NCBI GenBank assembly: GCA_017302815.1
Contig: JAFLCQ010000003.1
Span: 2,042-66,041 of the forward strand
DNA: 64,000 nucleotides
From: Planctomycetota bacterium
GTDB taxonomy: Bacteria; Planctomycetota; UBA11346
Direction of reading: 5' to 3'
The position numbers and the translations under genes were made by a program. Of the stretch, positions 41,623 to 50,027 are shown piece after piece (within the stretch, counting starts at the first letter, position 1; each line of letters opens with the position of its first letter). The notes beneath the pieces were generated by a model. That model saw nothing but the letters and a program-made list of their open reading frames with translations, made no database searches and was not told where the DNA came from.

Positions 41623-42968
41623 ACGTCGCCCTCGCGCTGAACCCCCCGGCGGCGTCCGCCGCCGGGGCCAATCCCATCATCATCTTCGAGAGGAAGCCTA
41701 TGGCGGGGCACACCACGATGCCGCCTCGCAAACAGACCACGCCCTACGGCGACGTCACCCTGACCTCGCGCTGGATGCGTGATCGCTATCACCTCGTCGC
41801 CACCGGGCCGATCTCAGCCCTGCGGTGGATGTTCCCGAAGCACGATGGCTCCATGGAGGCCGTGTCGCCGCATGCGTGTCGCCACGTCTTCAGCCCGGCG
41901 CCCGCACCCATCACGGTCGAGCGCGAACTGAGAAGGGTCTGCGCGGTCTGGCAGGCCAGGTGGGATGAGCGCGGCCAGGACACCCAGGACGGCCTTGCCG
42001 CAAGTTCGCCTTCGCAGTCGTCCTCCATCCAGAACCTCGGCCAACTATTCGACCACCTGTACGCCGACCGCATGACCAAGGTCGCCAAGTCGACGACCGA
42101 CCGGGACCGCTATCGGCTGCTTCTGTGGCGCACCGAACTCGGCAACGACCGCCTGCTCGCGAACCTGCGGCCGGATGACATTGCCGATGCCCTGGCCCGG
42201 ATCGGCAAGCGCACCAGCCCGTCCACTGCCAACACCAGCCTGGGCGTCCTGAAGACCTACCTGACCTGGGCGGCGAACATGGGGCTACTGCGTGACCTGA
42301 GTCACAAGACGGTCCGTCGGCTCAAGGAGCCGGCCTCGTTACGCCACCGCCGCGAATGGTGGACAACCGCCCAGTTCGAGCAGGCGCTCGCCATCGCTCA
42401 ACAGGACCCGCACCAGCCGACGGCTACGCTGCTGGTGGCATGCGGCTGTCTGCTCGGGCTGCGACCCGAGGAAATCATCATGCAGCGCTGGGAGGACCTG
42501 GATCTCGATGCCAAGGACCCCCAGACGGGCGAACCGCGGCCGGTCTGCCATGTCGTTCCGCACTCCGGCTGGACGCCGAAGGATGGCGAGGCGCGGGACA
42601 TCCCTATCTCGGCCAGGCTCCTGGCCATTCTGACGCCGCTTCGGCGGAAGGCTGGCTTCCTGCTGATGAATGAGCCGCACCGGAAAGGACGGCCTCGTGG
42701 TGGGACGGGCTGGAAGTACCGCTACAACCCGACCAAGGTCTGGCGGCGGATGATGGAGGCGTTCACGAAGGCCGGCGGGAAGGTCATTACCATGTACGGC
42801 ATGCGGCACACCTTCGCCTCGAACCTGCTCATCAACAACGTCTCGGACGTGAAGGTCGCTCGCTGGTTGGGGCATGGTGACACCCGCATGCTGCACCGTC
42901 ACTACGGCCACCTGCTGAGCTATGACGATGACATCAACGCCACAGCGAACCCCAAGGAGCAGGGGTGA
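41619..42968 (+). CDS. Tyrosine recombinase / phage-type integrase
   Basis: C-terminal catalytic region: GLRPEEI (Arg I), YGMRHTFASNLL (box II) and LGHGDTRMLHRHYGHL (nucleophile Tyr). Plus an N-terminal SAM-like core-binding region. The start codon is uncertain (GTG 41619 or Met near 41701). Confidence 0.85.
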   Translation: MNVALALNPPAASAAGANPIIIFERKPMAGHTTMPPRKQTTPYGDVTLTSRWMRDRYHLVATGPISALRWMFPKHDGSMEAVSPHACRHVFSPAPAPITVERELRRVCAVWQARWDERGQDTQDGLAASSPSQSSSIQNLGQLFDHLYADRMTKVAKSTTDRDRYRLLLWRTELGNDRLLANLRPDDIADALARIGKRTSPSTANTSLGVLKTYLTWAANMGLLRDLSHKTVRRLKEPASLRHRREWWTTAQFEQALAIAQQDPHQPTATLLVACGCLLGLRPEEIIMQRWEDLDLDAKDPQTGEPRPVCHVVPHSGWTPKDGEARDIPISARLLAILTPLRRKAGFLLMNEPHRKGRPRGGTGWKYRYNPTKVWRRMMEAFTKAGGKVITMYGMRHTFASNLLINNVSDVKVARWLGHGDTRMLHRHYGHLLSYDDDINATANPKEQG

Positions 42969-42983
42969 GCAAGACCGCGCTGA

Positions 42984-43010
42984 CCGGCGGAGGCTTCACG
43001 CCTCCGCCGG
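42984..43010 (+). terminator. GC-rich hairpin just after the integrase stop
   Basis: ccggcggaggc (42984-42994) and gcctccgccgg (43000-43010) flank the loop ttcac. No immediate T-tract. Confidence 0.4.
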
Positions 43011-43033
43011 CAGGGTCGGCCGTGATCTTCTTT

Positions 43034-43048
43034 ACATGGAGCGTGGCC
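43034..43048 (+). repeat. Right copy of 15-bp direct repeat (candidate att core)
   Basis: acatggagcgtggcc, identical to 19062-19076. It lies between the integrase hairpin and the tRNA terminator. Confidence 0.55.
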
Positions 43049-43060
43049 GACAGCGCCACC

Positions 43061-43084
43061 AACTGGGAGCAGAACTGGGAGCAG
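43061..43084 (+). repeat. Perfect tandem duplication of a 12-mer
   Basis: aactgggagcag occurs twice in tandem (43061-43072 and 43073-43084). Confidence 0.85.
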
Positions 43085-43112
43085 AGGGCAAAACCACGGC
43101 CCCCGCCAAGTC

Positions 43113-43152
43113 CCGTAAAAAGGTATAACCCCCGGCTTTCACCGGGGGTTAT
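43113..43152 (-). terminator. Rho-independent terminator of tRNA-Gly
   Basis: Stem ataacccccgg (43125-43135) pairs with ccgggggttat (43142-43152), loop ctttca. On the minus strand it is followed by ACCTTTTTAC (a T5 run), and it begins 4 nt after the tRNA CCA end. Confidence 0.75.
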
Positions 43153-43156
43153 CTCT

Positions 43157-43233
43157 TGGAGCGGGCGATGAGACTCGAACTCACGACCTACAGCATGGCA
43201 AGCTGTCGCTCTAGCCAACTGAGCTACGCCCGC
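43157..43233 (-). tRNA. tRNA-Gly (anticodon GCC), CCA encoded
   Basis: Reverse complement GCGGGCGTAGCTCAGTTGGCTAGAGCGACAGCTTGCCATGCTGTAGGTCGTGAGTTCGAGTCTCATCGCCCGCTCCA folds as a 77-nt cloverleaf: 7-bp acceptor stem, D arm GCTC/GAGC, anticodon stem ACAGC/GCTGT with loop TTGCCAT, T arm GTGAG-TTCGAGT-CTCAT. Confidence 0.95.
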
Positions 43234-43282
43234 ATCCGGCGTTGCTTACGTGGGGGCGGAGTGTGCGATGATCGCAGGACTG

Positions 43283-44269
43283 TCAACCCCCTCTTTTCCT
43301 CTCCGCCAGCAGTCGTGCGGCGTCGACGGCACCATAGGTGAAGATGATGTCCGCACCGGCACGGCGCAGCGAGAGCAGGCTCTCCAGCAGGCACTTGTCG
43401 TAGTCGAGCCAGCCGTTGGCAGCCGCGGCCTTCAGCATCGCGAACTCGCCGCTGACGTGGTAGGCGGCCACCGGCAGGGCGGTGGCGGCACGGACGCGTG
43501 AGATGACATCGAGATAGGGCAGGCCGGGCTTCACCATCAGCCAGTCGGCCCCCTCCGACTCGTCCAAGGCCACTTCGCGCAGGGCTTCGCGCACGTTGGC
43601 CGGATCCATCTGATAGGTCTTCTTGTCGCCCGAACGCGGCGCGCTGTCGAGGGCGTCCCGGAACGGACCGTAGAACGCCGAGGCGTACTTCACGCAGTAG
43701 CTGCAGATCGCCACGTCGTGGAAACCGGCGGCGTCGAGCGCTGCCCGGATGGCTCCGACCCGCCCGTCCATCATGTCGCTGGGGGCCACCACGTCCGCCC
43801 CGGCTCGCGCCTGGGCGACCGCCATGGCGGCGAGGATGGGCAGGGAGTCGTCATTGACGATGCGCCCGTCGCGGACCAGGCCATCATGGCCGTCGCTGCT
43901 GTAGGGATCCATGGCCACATCGGTGATGACCACAAGATCGGGGAGTGCGCGCTTGAGGGCACGGACCGTACGCGGCAGAAGCCCCTCGGGATCGGTCGAT
44001 GCGGTGGCGAGGTGGTCCTTGGACGCATCCGCCAGCGCCGGGAAGAGCGCCACCGCACGCACACCGACGCCATGAGCCTCGCGTGCGGCCTCGATCAGAC
44101 CATCCAGCGGCAGCCGGCTGCATCCGGGCATGCTGGCGATCGGGACCGCCGTCGGCAGGTCGTGCACGAACAGCGGAAGCACCAGGCGCTCGGGTCCGAG
44201 GTCCGTTTCATGCACTAGGGAGCGGATGCCGGCGGAGACGCGGTTGCGCCGCGGACGCAGCGGAATCAC
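43283..44269 (-). CDS. hemB: Porphobilinogen synthase (delta-aminolevulinate dehydratase)
   Basis: N-terminal IPLRPRRNR..IRSLVHETDL..LVLPLFV, and the length (328 aa from the GTG overlapping the upstream stop as GTGA) fits HemB. Further conserved blocks: SMPG..RL, PSDMMDGRV, SYCVKYASAFYGPFRDA, YQMDPAN, VKPGLPYLD and YHVSGEFAM. Confidence 0.85.
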   Translation of the reverse strand: MIPLRPRRNRVSAGIRSLVHETDLGPERLVLPLFVHDLPTAVPIASMPGCSRLPLDGLIEAAREAHGVGVRAVALFPALADASKDHLATASTDPEGLLPRTVRALKRALPDLVVITDVAMDPYSSDGHDGLVRDGRIVNDDSLPILAAMAVAQARAGADVVAPSDMMDGRVGAIRAALDAAGFHDVAICSYCVKYASAFYGPFRDALDSAPRSGDKKTYQMDPANVREALREVALDESEGADWLMVKPGLPYLDVISRVRAATALPVAAYHVSGEFAMLKAAAANGWLDYDKCLLESLLSLRRAGADIIFTYGAVDAARLLAERKRGG

Positions 44270-47133
44270 GGCTTCGCCGCCTGTTGCGCGGGAGCCTCGG
44301 GCGGTCCCCACAAGCGGAGGAAGCGGTCGGCGACCACGCCGTCGCCATCCCGCACCATGAGGCGCAGCTGGTTGAGTCCCGGCTTCAGCTGGACCCGCGG
44401 GGAATAGATCCAGGTGCCCTTGGCGGCCCCATCCTGGGCGGCGGCGGCGGGATCGACATCCAGGGCCGAGGCGGTCTGCAGGTCGATCTTGTCCTCATCC
44501 TGGAACAAGGCGACCAGATCCAGCGCAGCGGCCTGCGCGTCATCGGAGGCATCGCCGATCGAGAAGCGCAGCTGCGTGCGAGCTCCATCGGTCTGCTGCC
44601 CGAGCACGGCCAGGGTCGGCTGCACGAGACGACGGGGCTTGAGCGGCTTGCCGACGTCGATGTCGATCCCGGCGCGGACATCGGCGCGGAAGCGCGCGTC
44701 ATCCCCCTCCGGGAGGATCTCCACCGCCACCACGTTGAGATGGATGCGTTCGGCCGTGAACGGCACCATCTTGCCGGCGCGCTTGACCTCTTTGCGCACA
44801 CTGAGCGGGAAGGACAGGGTGACGGATGCGCCCGGGGCGATCGCGGACTCGATCTTCTGCCGGCTGGCGCCAAGCGAGACGTAGGGATCGTTGTCCTTCT
44901 CGACCCACACCGCTCCGGTCTCCATGGGACCGGTGCCGTCATTGAAGACCTCGACCTGCAGTTCGGCGCGCTCATCCGGGGACAGCCGGCCGTCGCCGTT
45001 CGATTCGACCACCTTCCAGGCCAGGCCAAGATGCGGAGCGGGACGCGAGGCGACCTGGAGCGACACCGGGCAGGAGGCGATGACGTTCTTGCCGCCTTCC
45101 TGGTGCAGCTCGATGGTGAAGCGCTCCTCGCCCTGCGGCAGGCGCGGAGGGACCTTGAAATGCAGCAGGCCGCTGCCGGTCTTTCCGGCGGCGACCTCGC
45201 CGACCACGAACTCCTCCTCCCAGAACGGAGAGCGCGGATCGGCGCGGATGATGGCGAACAGGCGGCCGACCGCGGCCTCGCCGCGGTTGTCCACCTGCAC
45301 CGACAGCGACTCGGTCAGCCCAGCCGTGATGCTGGCAGGGCCGGTATAGGACAGCGACAGGGTGCCTGCGGCGGGCTCGCCAGCCGCTCCCCAGCGCACC
45401 GGCTGCGGCAGCCGGGCGAGGGTGTCGGCCAGGGCGGAGGCCTCGACCTCGGCGCGCTTGGCGATGGGGGCCTTGAGACGCTCGATCAGGAAAGGCCGCA
45501 GCTTCTCGACCTCCATCGCCTTGGCCGCCGCCTGCGACCAGTCCTCGGCGGCGCAGGCCTCCTTGAGCATGTCGAGGACGAGCTGGCTCTGCCGGTCGGG
45601 CCGGAAGTCGCGGGCCGAGATGGTGTGGACGCGGCGCGCCTCGCGGTCCATCCATGGATCCAGCCAGGACAGCTCGGCGACCGTGTCATGGACGTAGTTC
45701 CGCCGTCCGCCCAGGGCGAACTCGTTGTCGCGCTCGCGCTCCATCGACAGGTCGCGCAGATCCACCGAGCCGTCCTGGCGCACCGCATGGCGGGTGAGGA
45801 CCAGGTCCGGCGCCACACCGACATCCTGGATGGAGACGCCGCCGGGCAGCAGGTACTCCTGGATGGTCAGCTTCAGCCGGCTGCCATCGCGCATTTCGCG
45901 GATGTTCTGCACCGACCCCTTGCCGAAGGTCGCTTCGCCGGCGATCACGGCGCGCTCATTGAGCTGCAGCGCCCCGGACACGATCTCCGCCGCGCTGGCG
46001 GTGCCGGGCGAGGTCAGCACCACCATCGGAGCGGTGACGAAACGCCGGGCGTTGTTGGTGTAGACGTCCTCCTGCCCATCGACGGTGGTGGTGCGGACCA
46101 CCTCCTGGCCGCGGGCGAGGAAGAAGCCGCCGATCAGCTTGGCCTGGTCGAGCAGTCCGCCGCCGTTGAAGCGCAGGTCGAGCACCAGCGCCTTGACCGG
46201 CGCATCGCGCTCCAGCTCGCGCAGGGCGAGGAAGAGATCATGCGCGGTGTTGGCGTTGAACTCATCCATGCGCACATAGCCGACATCGCCATCGCGGAAG
46301 CTGCGGATGGTGATGACCTTGACCAGGTCGCGGACGATCGGCACCTCGACCGGAGCCTTCAGTTCCTTGCGCTCGATGCTGAGCGTCACCGTCGTACCCT
46401 TGGGGCCCTTGATGCGCCGCACCGCCTGGTCGAGGGTGAGGCCGGCGGTCTTCTCGCCGTCGATCGCCAGGATGACGTCGCCGTCCTCGATGCCCGCGCG
46501 CTCGGCCGGCAGGCCGGGCATCACGCGCTGGATCGAGATCAGCCCCTCCTCTTGGTTCAGGAAGGCACCGATGCCGTAGAACTGGCCCTGGATGTTGTCC
46601 TCGGTCCACTCGCGGGCCGCCTCGGGCGGCCACATGACGGTATGCGGATCGAGGGTCGACAGCACGCCGTTGATCTGGGCGTAGGCCAGCTGCCGCAGGC
46701 GCTCGGCCGGTGCATCGAAGCCCTTCTCGACCGCCTGGCGCACGCGCTCGACGATGCCCATGGCATCGCCAAGCGATCCGGGCTCGGTGGCGTCGACGGT
46801 CCGGCGCTCACCGCGCAGGTTGAGCAGGATGCGCCCATCGCCCCATCCCGTGTCGATGCCGATCTCCGACTGTTCGAGCAGGCGCAGGGCGCGCTCGACC
46901 ATCAGGTGCGGACGGAAGCGGGACTTGTCGTAGTAGTGCTGTTCCAGCACGGCCCCGACGGACGGCGCCATGTCCGGGAAGGGCAGCGGATCCGGAGACT
47001 CGCCCGCGGTGGCCGGCACGGCGCTGGCCGAGATGGCAATGGCCGACACGGCGATGGCGAGAAGAGATCTGGATATCACGTGGTTTCCGATGCTAGGGCG
47101 TGATTGCGACCTGCCAACCGCTGACCGATCCAT
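44266..47133 (-). CDS. S41 family C-terminal processing peptidase with PDZ domain and ~500-aa C-terminal extension
   Basis: Signal-like SRSLLAIAVSAIAISASA, a PDZ domain (PGLPAERAGIEDGDVILAIDG), catalytic GTASAAEIVSGAL (Ser) and TFGKGSVQ (Lys). Start uncertain: ATG 47133 overlaps the upstream gene, and GTG 47079 is an alternative. The upstream part of the track ORF is not coding. Confidence 0.75.
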   Translation of the reverse strand: MDRSAVGRSQSRPSIGNHVISRSLLAIAVSAIAISASAVPATAGESPDPLPFPDMAPSVGAVLEQHYYDKSRFRPHLMVERALRLLEQSEIGIDTGWGDGRILLNLRGERRTVDATEPGSLGDAMGIVERVRQAVEKGFDAPAERLRQLAYAQINGVLSTLDPHTVMWPPEAAREWTEDNIQGQFYGIGAFLNQEEGLISIQRVMPGLPAERAGIEDGDVILAIDGEKTAGLTLDQAVRRIKGPKGTTVTLSIERKELKAPVEVPIVRDLVKVITIRSFRDGDVGYVRMDEFNANTAHDLFLALRELERDAPVKALVLDLRFNGGGLLDQAKLIGGFFLARGQEVVRTTTVDGQEDVYTNNARRFVTAPMVVLTSPGTASAAEIVSGALQLNERAVIAGEATFGKGSVQNIREMRDGSRLKLTIQEYLLPGGVSIQDVGVAPDLVLTRHAVRQDGSVDLRDLSMERERDNEFALGGRRNYVHDTVAELSWLDPWMDREARRVHTISARDFRPDRQSQLVLDMLKEACAAEDWSQAAAKAMEVEKLRPFLIERLKAPIAKRAEVEASALADTLARLPQPVRWGAAGEPAAGTLSLSYTGPASITAGLTESLSVQVDNRGEAAVGRLFAIIRADPRSPFWEEEFVVGEVAAGKTGSGLLHFKVPPRLPQGEERFTIELHQEGGKNVIASCPVSLQVASRPAPHLGLAWKVVESNGDGRLSPDERAELQVEVFNDGTGPMETGAVWVEKDNDPYVSLGASRQKIESAIAPGASVTLSFPLSVRKEVKRAGKMVPFTAERIHLNVVAVEILPEGDDARFRADVRAGIDIDVGKPLKPRRLVQPTLAVLGQQTDGARTQLRFSIGDASDDAQAAALDLVALFQDEDKIDLQTASALDVDPAAAAQDGAAKGTWIYSPRVQLKPGLNQLRLMVRDGDGVVADRFLRLWGPPEAPAQQAAKP

Positions 47134-48733
47134 CACCGCCGCGGGCGATGGCGACGCCGGTGAGATCATCCGCCTGCGGCCGGCCGGCGGTGAAGCCGTC
47201 GACCGCGGCGGCGACGAGATCCAGCACGCGCCTGGGCGCCAACCGGCTGCGCCAGGCCGCCAGCACGGTGTCGGCGAGGCGCTCCTCGCCCAGGGTGGTG
47301 CCATCCTCGTGCGCGGCCTCGATGATGCCGTCGGTGTAGAGCAGCAGGAGATCCCCGGGCGCCAGCACGACTTCGGGACTGGGGTCGATCTCGAGATGCG
47401 GGACGATGCCCAGGGGCATGGCGGTGCTGTCGAGCCAGCGGACCTCGCCCTTGTGGATCCACAGCGATCTGGTGTGCCCAGCGGAGACGTATTCGCAGCG
47501 CCCGGTCGCGGCATCTATCGCCACGGCGACGGCGGTCATGAAGCGGCCGCTGCGGGTATGGAACAGTCCTTCGTTGACCTGGCGGAAGGCGGTCTGCATG
47601 TCGGCGCCGGCGCGGAACTGCTGCTGCGCCAAGGCGTGCGCCATGGTGGTGAACAGGGCGGCGCCGAGGCCGTGGCCGCTGACATCGCCGACCATGGCGA
47701 CCATGCCGCCCTCGCGTGGCAGGTAGGCGAAGTAGTCGCCGCCGGTCTCGTTGCACGGTCGCGACCAGCCCTCGGCCAGCAGGCCAGCGAGCTTCAGCCC
47801 GCTGGTGGGGAACATCTTCTCCTGCACCGTCCGCGCGATGTCGATCTCCTGCCGGAGGCGTTCGCGCTCGATCGCATCCTTCACCAGGGTCGCGTTGTCG
47901 ATCGCGGTGCCGGCGAGGTTGCAGAGGGTTTCGGCCAGGCGCTTCTTGGCCAGGCCGAAGTCGCTGGTGGGGTTGGCCAGGACGAGGACGCCCAGGATGC
48001 GGTCGCGCGAGATGAGGGCGAGAGCGAGCAGCCCATCGAGGCGCTCCTTGAGCCCGCTGAGGTCGAGGGCGCTGCGGCGTTCGCCGCGAGCCAGCACGAC
48101 CGGATCACCGGTGGCGAACACCGCGTCGACGACCTTGCGGCCGTCGGCGAGGCGGATCGCATCGAGATGCTCGACCGCCAGACCCCAGGCCACGCGCACC
48201 TGGAGAGCTCCGTCCGCAGCAGGCAGCAGCACGGCCCCGACCTGCGCCCCGACGGCGTTCAACGCGGTCTCCAGCAGCTTCGTCAGCAGCACTTCGAGAT
48301 CGAGATGCCGCAGAAGATCCCCGGCGACGGCGAGCTGGGCGACGATCTCGCGCGTCTCGCGCAGCTCCTCGACCACGATCTGCCGCCGGTGCAGCTGCAC
48401 CAGCAGCGGACCGAGCAGGGTCGCGAGATGGCGCACGGACGCATCGCGATGGGCCCCCTCGCGCACCACCAGCAGGCCGACCTGCTGGCCCTGCGAGGAG
48501 AGGCGCAGGCTGCCGTCCGGGACGCGCAGCTCCGGCACGTCCTGGCGCGGCTGGTTCTGGCCGAAGCCGGCGACCGGGTAATAGACCCCGGCGGTGGCGT
48601 CGTAGAGGTACAGTGCCGCCGGAGCCGCGCCGAGACGCGGCAGCTCGTCCTCGAGGATCGAGATGAGATGCTGGGCGGTGTCGGCGGCCAGCAGTCGGTC
48701 GGCGGTCGTGCCCAGATCGTCGGTTGCAGCCAC
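47093..48733 (-). CDS. PP2C/SpoIIE-family phosphatase with GAF-like sensor domains
   Basis: C-terminal GGDYFAYLP...VAMVGDVSGHGLGAALFT ... LLLYTDGIIEA is the SpoIIE/RsbU phosphatase signature. The N-terminal two-thirds is GAF-like. Confidence 0.75.
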   Translation of the reverse strand: MAATDDLGTTADRLLAADTAQHLISILEDELPRLGAAPAALYLYDATAGVYYPVAGFGQNQPRQDVPELRVPDGSLRLSSQGQQVGLLVVREGAHRDASVRHLATLLGPLLVQLHRRQIVVEELRETREIVAQLAVAGDLLRHLDLEVLLTKLLETALNAVGAQVGAVLLPAADGALQVRVAWGLAVEHLDAIRLADGRKVVDAVFATGDPVVLARGERRSALDLSGLKERLDGLLALALISRDRILGVLVLANPTSDFGLAKKRLAETLCNLAGTAIDNATLVKDAIERERLRQEIDIARTVQEKMFPTSGLKLAGLLAEGWSRPCNETGGDYFAYLPREGGMVAMVGDVSGHGLGAALFTTMAHALAQQQFRAGADMQTAFRQVNEGLFHTRSGRFMTAVAVAIDAATGRCEYVSAGHTRSLWIHKGEVRWLDSTAMPLGIVPHLEIDPSPEVVLAPGDLLLLYTDGIIEAAHEDGTTLGEERLADTVLAAWRSRLAPRRVLDLVAAAVDGFTAGRPQADDLTGVAIARGGDGSVSGWQVAITP

Positions 48734-48800
48734 GGCGGGACACTAGCAGGCCGACCCGGGGCTGGCCACCACCAGGGCGACCGCCCGGGACGCCGGACGA

Positions 48801-49739
48801 TCACTCGGGCGGATCGGTGTCCTTGACCAGGTGCGGCACCTCGGCGCACAGGGCGGCGAAGCGGGTCGCGTCCAGGCCGGCATGGCGCACGATATGGGCG
48901 TCGACCTGGGTCTCGAAGGGGTGGTCGGGATGCATGCCCACCCCGGCGGCATAGACCAACCGCTCGGCGAGACGCAGCACCCCCAGGTGCCGGGCCCAGT
49001 CGCCGTCGCCGGAGGGGTCGCGGTGGTGCCTGGCGATGCAGGTGCGCAGGGCCGGGGGCAGCTGCCACTTCTCCGCCAGCCGATCGCCCACCCAGCCGTG
49101 GTCGAAGCCGATGGCCCGGCGCTCGGCCAGCAGGATGTCCACCTGCGCCGCCTTGCGCAGGCGGACGCCGGAACGGGCGAGGAACGGCGACAGGATCAGC
49201 ATGCCGATGTCGCGCAGGAGGCCGGCGGCGAAGAACTCCTCGGACAGGTCCGGACCGGCGCCGCTGCGCAGCCCGGCGGCCCGCGCAACCGCCGCGGTCG
49301 CCATCGAGTTGCGCCACAGCCCCCCGCGGGTCATGCCGTAGGGTTCGAGGTCGACCAGGAGGATGTTCGATGTCGATGCCGCCAGCACCAGGCTGCGCAG
49401 GCTGGCGAATCCGATGATCGACACCGCGTCGCGGATCGACCCGACCGGCTGCGGACGCCGGTAGAAGGCGCTGTTGACCAGCTTCAGCACCCGGCCGGCC
49501 AGCACCATGTCCTGCTCGATCAGGCGTTCGAGCTCGCTGGTCGAGCTGTGCGCATCCCCGACCCGCGCCAGCACCTGCCCGACGATGTGGGGCAGCGCGG
49601 GTGCGCGATCGATCGCATCGAGGACTTCGCTCTCCTGCAACTGGGCCAGGCCGCCCGTACGTCTGAACTCGGTACCGGAGCCATCATCGTCGGCATCGGT
49701 GCTCGGAGCCTTGAAGCGCGAGAAGATGTCCCCAGCCAT
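48801..49739 (-). CDS. HDOD domain signalling protein
   Basis: LPHIVGQVLARV...LERLIEQDMVLAGRVLKLVNSAFY....VGSIRDAVSIIGF..LRSLVLA fits the HDOD pattern. Confidence 0.7.
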   Translation of the reverse strand: MAGDIFSRFKAPSTDADDDGSGTEFRRTGGLAQLQESEVLDAIDRAPALPHIVGQVLARVGDAHSSTSELERLIEQDMVLAGRVLKLVNSAFYRRPQPVGSIRDAVSIIGFASLRSLVLAASTSNILLVDLEPYGMTRGGLWRNSMATAAVARAAGLRSGAGPDLSEEFFAAGLLRDIGMLILSPFLARSGVRLRKAAQVDILLAERRAIGFDHGWVGDRLAEKWQLPPALRTCIARHHRDPSGDGDWARHLGVLRLAERLVYAAGVGMHPDHPFETQVDAHIVRHAGLDATRFAALCAEVPHLVKDTDPPE

Positions 49740-50027
49740 GCTATGGGCACCCTAGGAGATGATCTCGCGGTAGGCAAGCGGCTCCGCCATGCTACCGTCG
49801 CAGCATGATCGGCAGCGTCCAGCCGGCCAATCCTGCGCCACCGCAGTTCCGCACCGAGCCGGCGCGGGCGCCGGTGGCACGCGTGCCCCGCAGCCTCGAT
49901 CTGCTCGCCGCACCGCCGCATCGCCAGGTCACCGACCTGCGGCAGGCCGGCCGCATCGATCTGCGCGTCTGATCCGGGTCACGCCCGCGCGCGCTGGCCG
50001 TTGCCTCCGGACAGACCGGAGCCCAGC

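Larger units (their letters stand above)
19062..43048. mobile_element. Integrated ~24-kb element with tyrosine integrase, excisionase and self-encoded replication genes
   Basis: Bounded by an identical 15-mer, ACATGGAGCGTGGCC, at 19062-19076 and 43034-43048. Integrase and excisionase sit at the right end, about 190 bp from tRNA-Gly. Composition is patchy, with AT-richer segments near 19.8-20.6, 24.1-24.8, 26.0-26.3 and 31.4-34.0 kb. The gene content is accessory. The left boundary is the least certain part. Confidence 0.7.

Noticed and set aside
43157-43200. tRNA-Gly 3' end as the integration core (the usual situation for tRNA-adjacent islands)
   Set aside because: I could not find any copy of the tRNA 3' segment (tggagcgggcgatgagactcgaac) at the left side of the island by eye. 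The tRNA and its own terminator are intact, and the only flank repeat found lies beyond the terminator. A computed repeat search should confirm this.
42934-43218. 94-aa minus-strand ORF running through the tRNA-Gly gene and its terminator
   Set aside because: It overlaps a well-folded tRNA and terminator, and the sequence has no protein-like features. I also tested whether it could be the displaced 5' part of the DUF1294 gene across the 15-bp core. There is no similarity beyond ATLHV.
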